A DNA stretch of 17,369 nucleotides from Nitrospinota bacterium. GTDB lineage: Bacteria > UBA8248. The number at the start of each line of letters is the position of its first letter. Position 1 is the first letter of the stretch. Position numbers and translations under genes: made by a program. Positions 17,215 to 17,369 of this stretch are shown piece by piece. The DNA lies in contig JASLZZ010000082.1 in assembly GCA_030754595.1 (NCBI GenBank), forward strand, positions 1-17,369, in the 5' to 3' direction. Under the pieces are notes generated by a model. It had not been told where the DNA came from. It saw only the letters and a list, made by a program, of their open reading frames with translations, and did not search any database.

Positions 17215-17215
17215 A

Positions 17216-17369
17216 GAACCTATCCCAAAACCTGTTTTTCCGCCCTATAATTACGCCATGTACCGCCCACGAAGAAGGAGCGGAGCACGTGGCATGGCAT
17301 GGAGTGACCGACGCGCAATGGGAAGAGATTCGGGTCCACCTGCCCAGGGCGAAGTGCAGCCCGCAGGGA
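17216..17369 (+). mobile_element. IS5-family insertion sequence, left end and transposase N-terminus (CDS from GTG 17289, partial)
   Basis: GTG 17289, after an AAGGAG/GGAG RBS, gives MAWHGVTDAQWEEIRVHLPRAKCSPQG, matching the LTDxQWxxIxxxLP...GRP start of IS5/DUF4096 transposases. The putative end GAACCTATCCCAAAACC follows a TA/TTA target-like site; TATAAT lies at 17246-17251. Confidence 0.82.

Noticed and set aside
1..17369. Composite transposon formed by the two terminal IS elements
   Set aside because: The elements belong to different families (IS1380 and IS5), share no visible terminal repeat, and the cargo includes greA. Assembly breaks at repeated ISs explain the layout more simply.

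Overview
GC-rich bacterial window of about 16 mostly metabolic genes, bounded at both edges by the 5' ends of two unrelated, outward-reading transposases that the ORF track missed: IS1380-like on the left and IS5-like on the right. From left to right: (+) class IV aminotransferase, greA, a four-His membrane protein and a ~990-aa fusion of a DmsB/NrfC-like ferredoxin to a DMSO-reductase-family molybdopterin subunit; (-) GyrI-like protein, half-size TauE/SafE and an MDMPI-family/SCP2 protein; (+) NIPSNAP, MBL-fold hydrolase, DUF296 and CapA-like metallophosphoesterase; (-) acyl-CoA dehydrogenase with a frameshift just after its natural start, and an SDR; (+) cupin and Gfo/Idh/MocA oxidoreductase; (-) a multi-module TolB-like/TPR protein whose 5' part is cut off by the IS5 element. 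The best candidate for an undescribed system is the two-gene molybdoenzyme unit (1870-5722): a putative di-haem b anchor plus a cytoplasmic FeS-Mo fusion in B-then-A order. All family calls come from recognising motifs by eye; no database searches were run.
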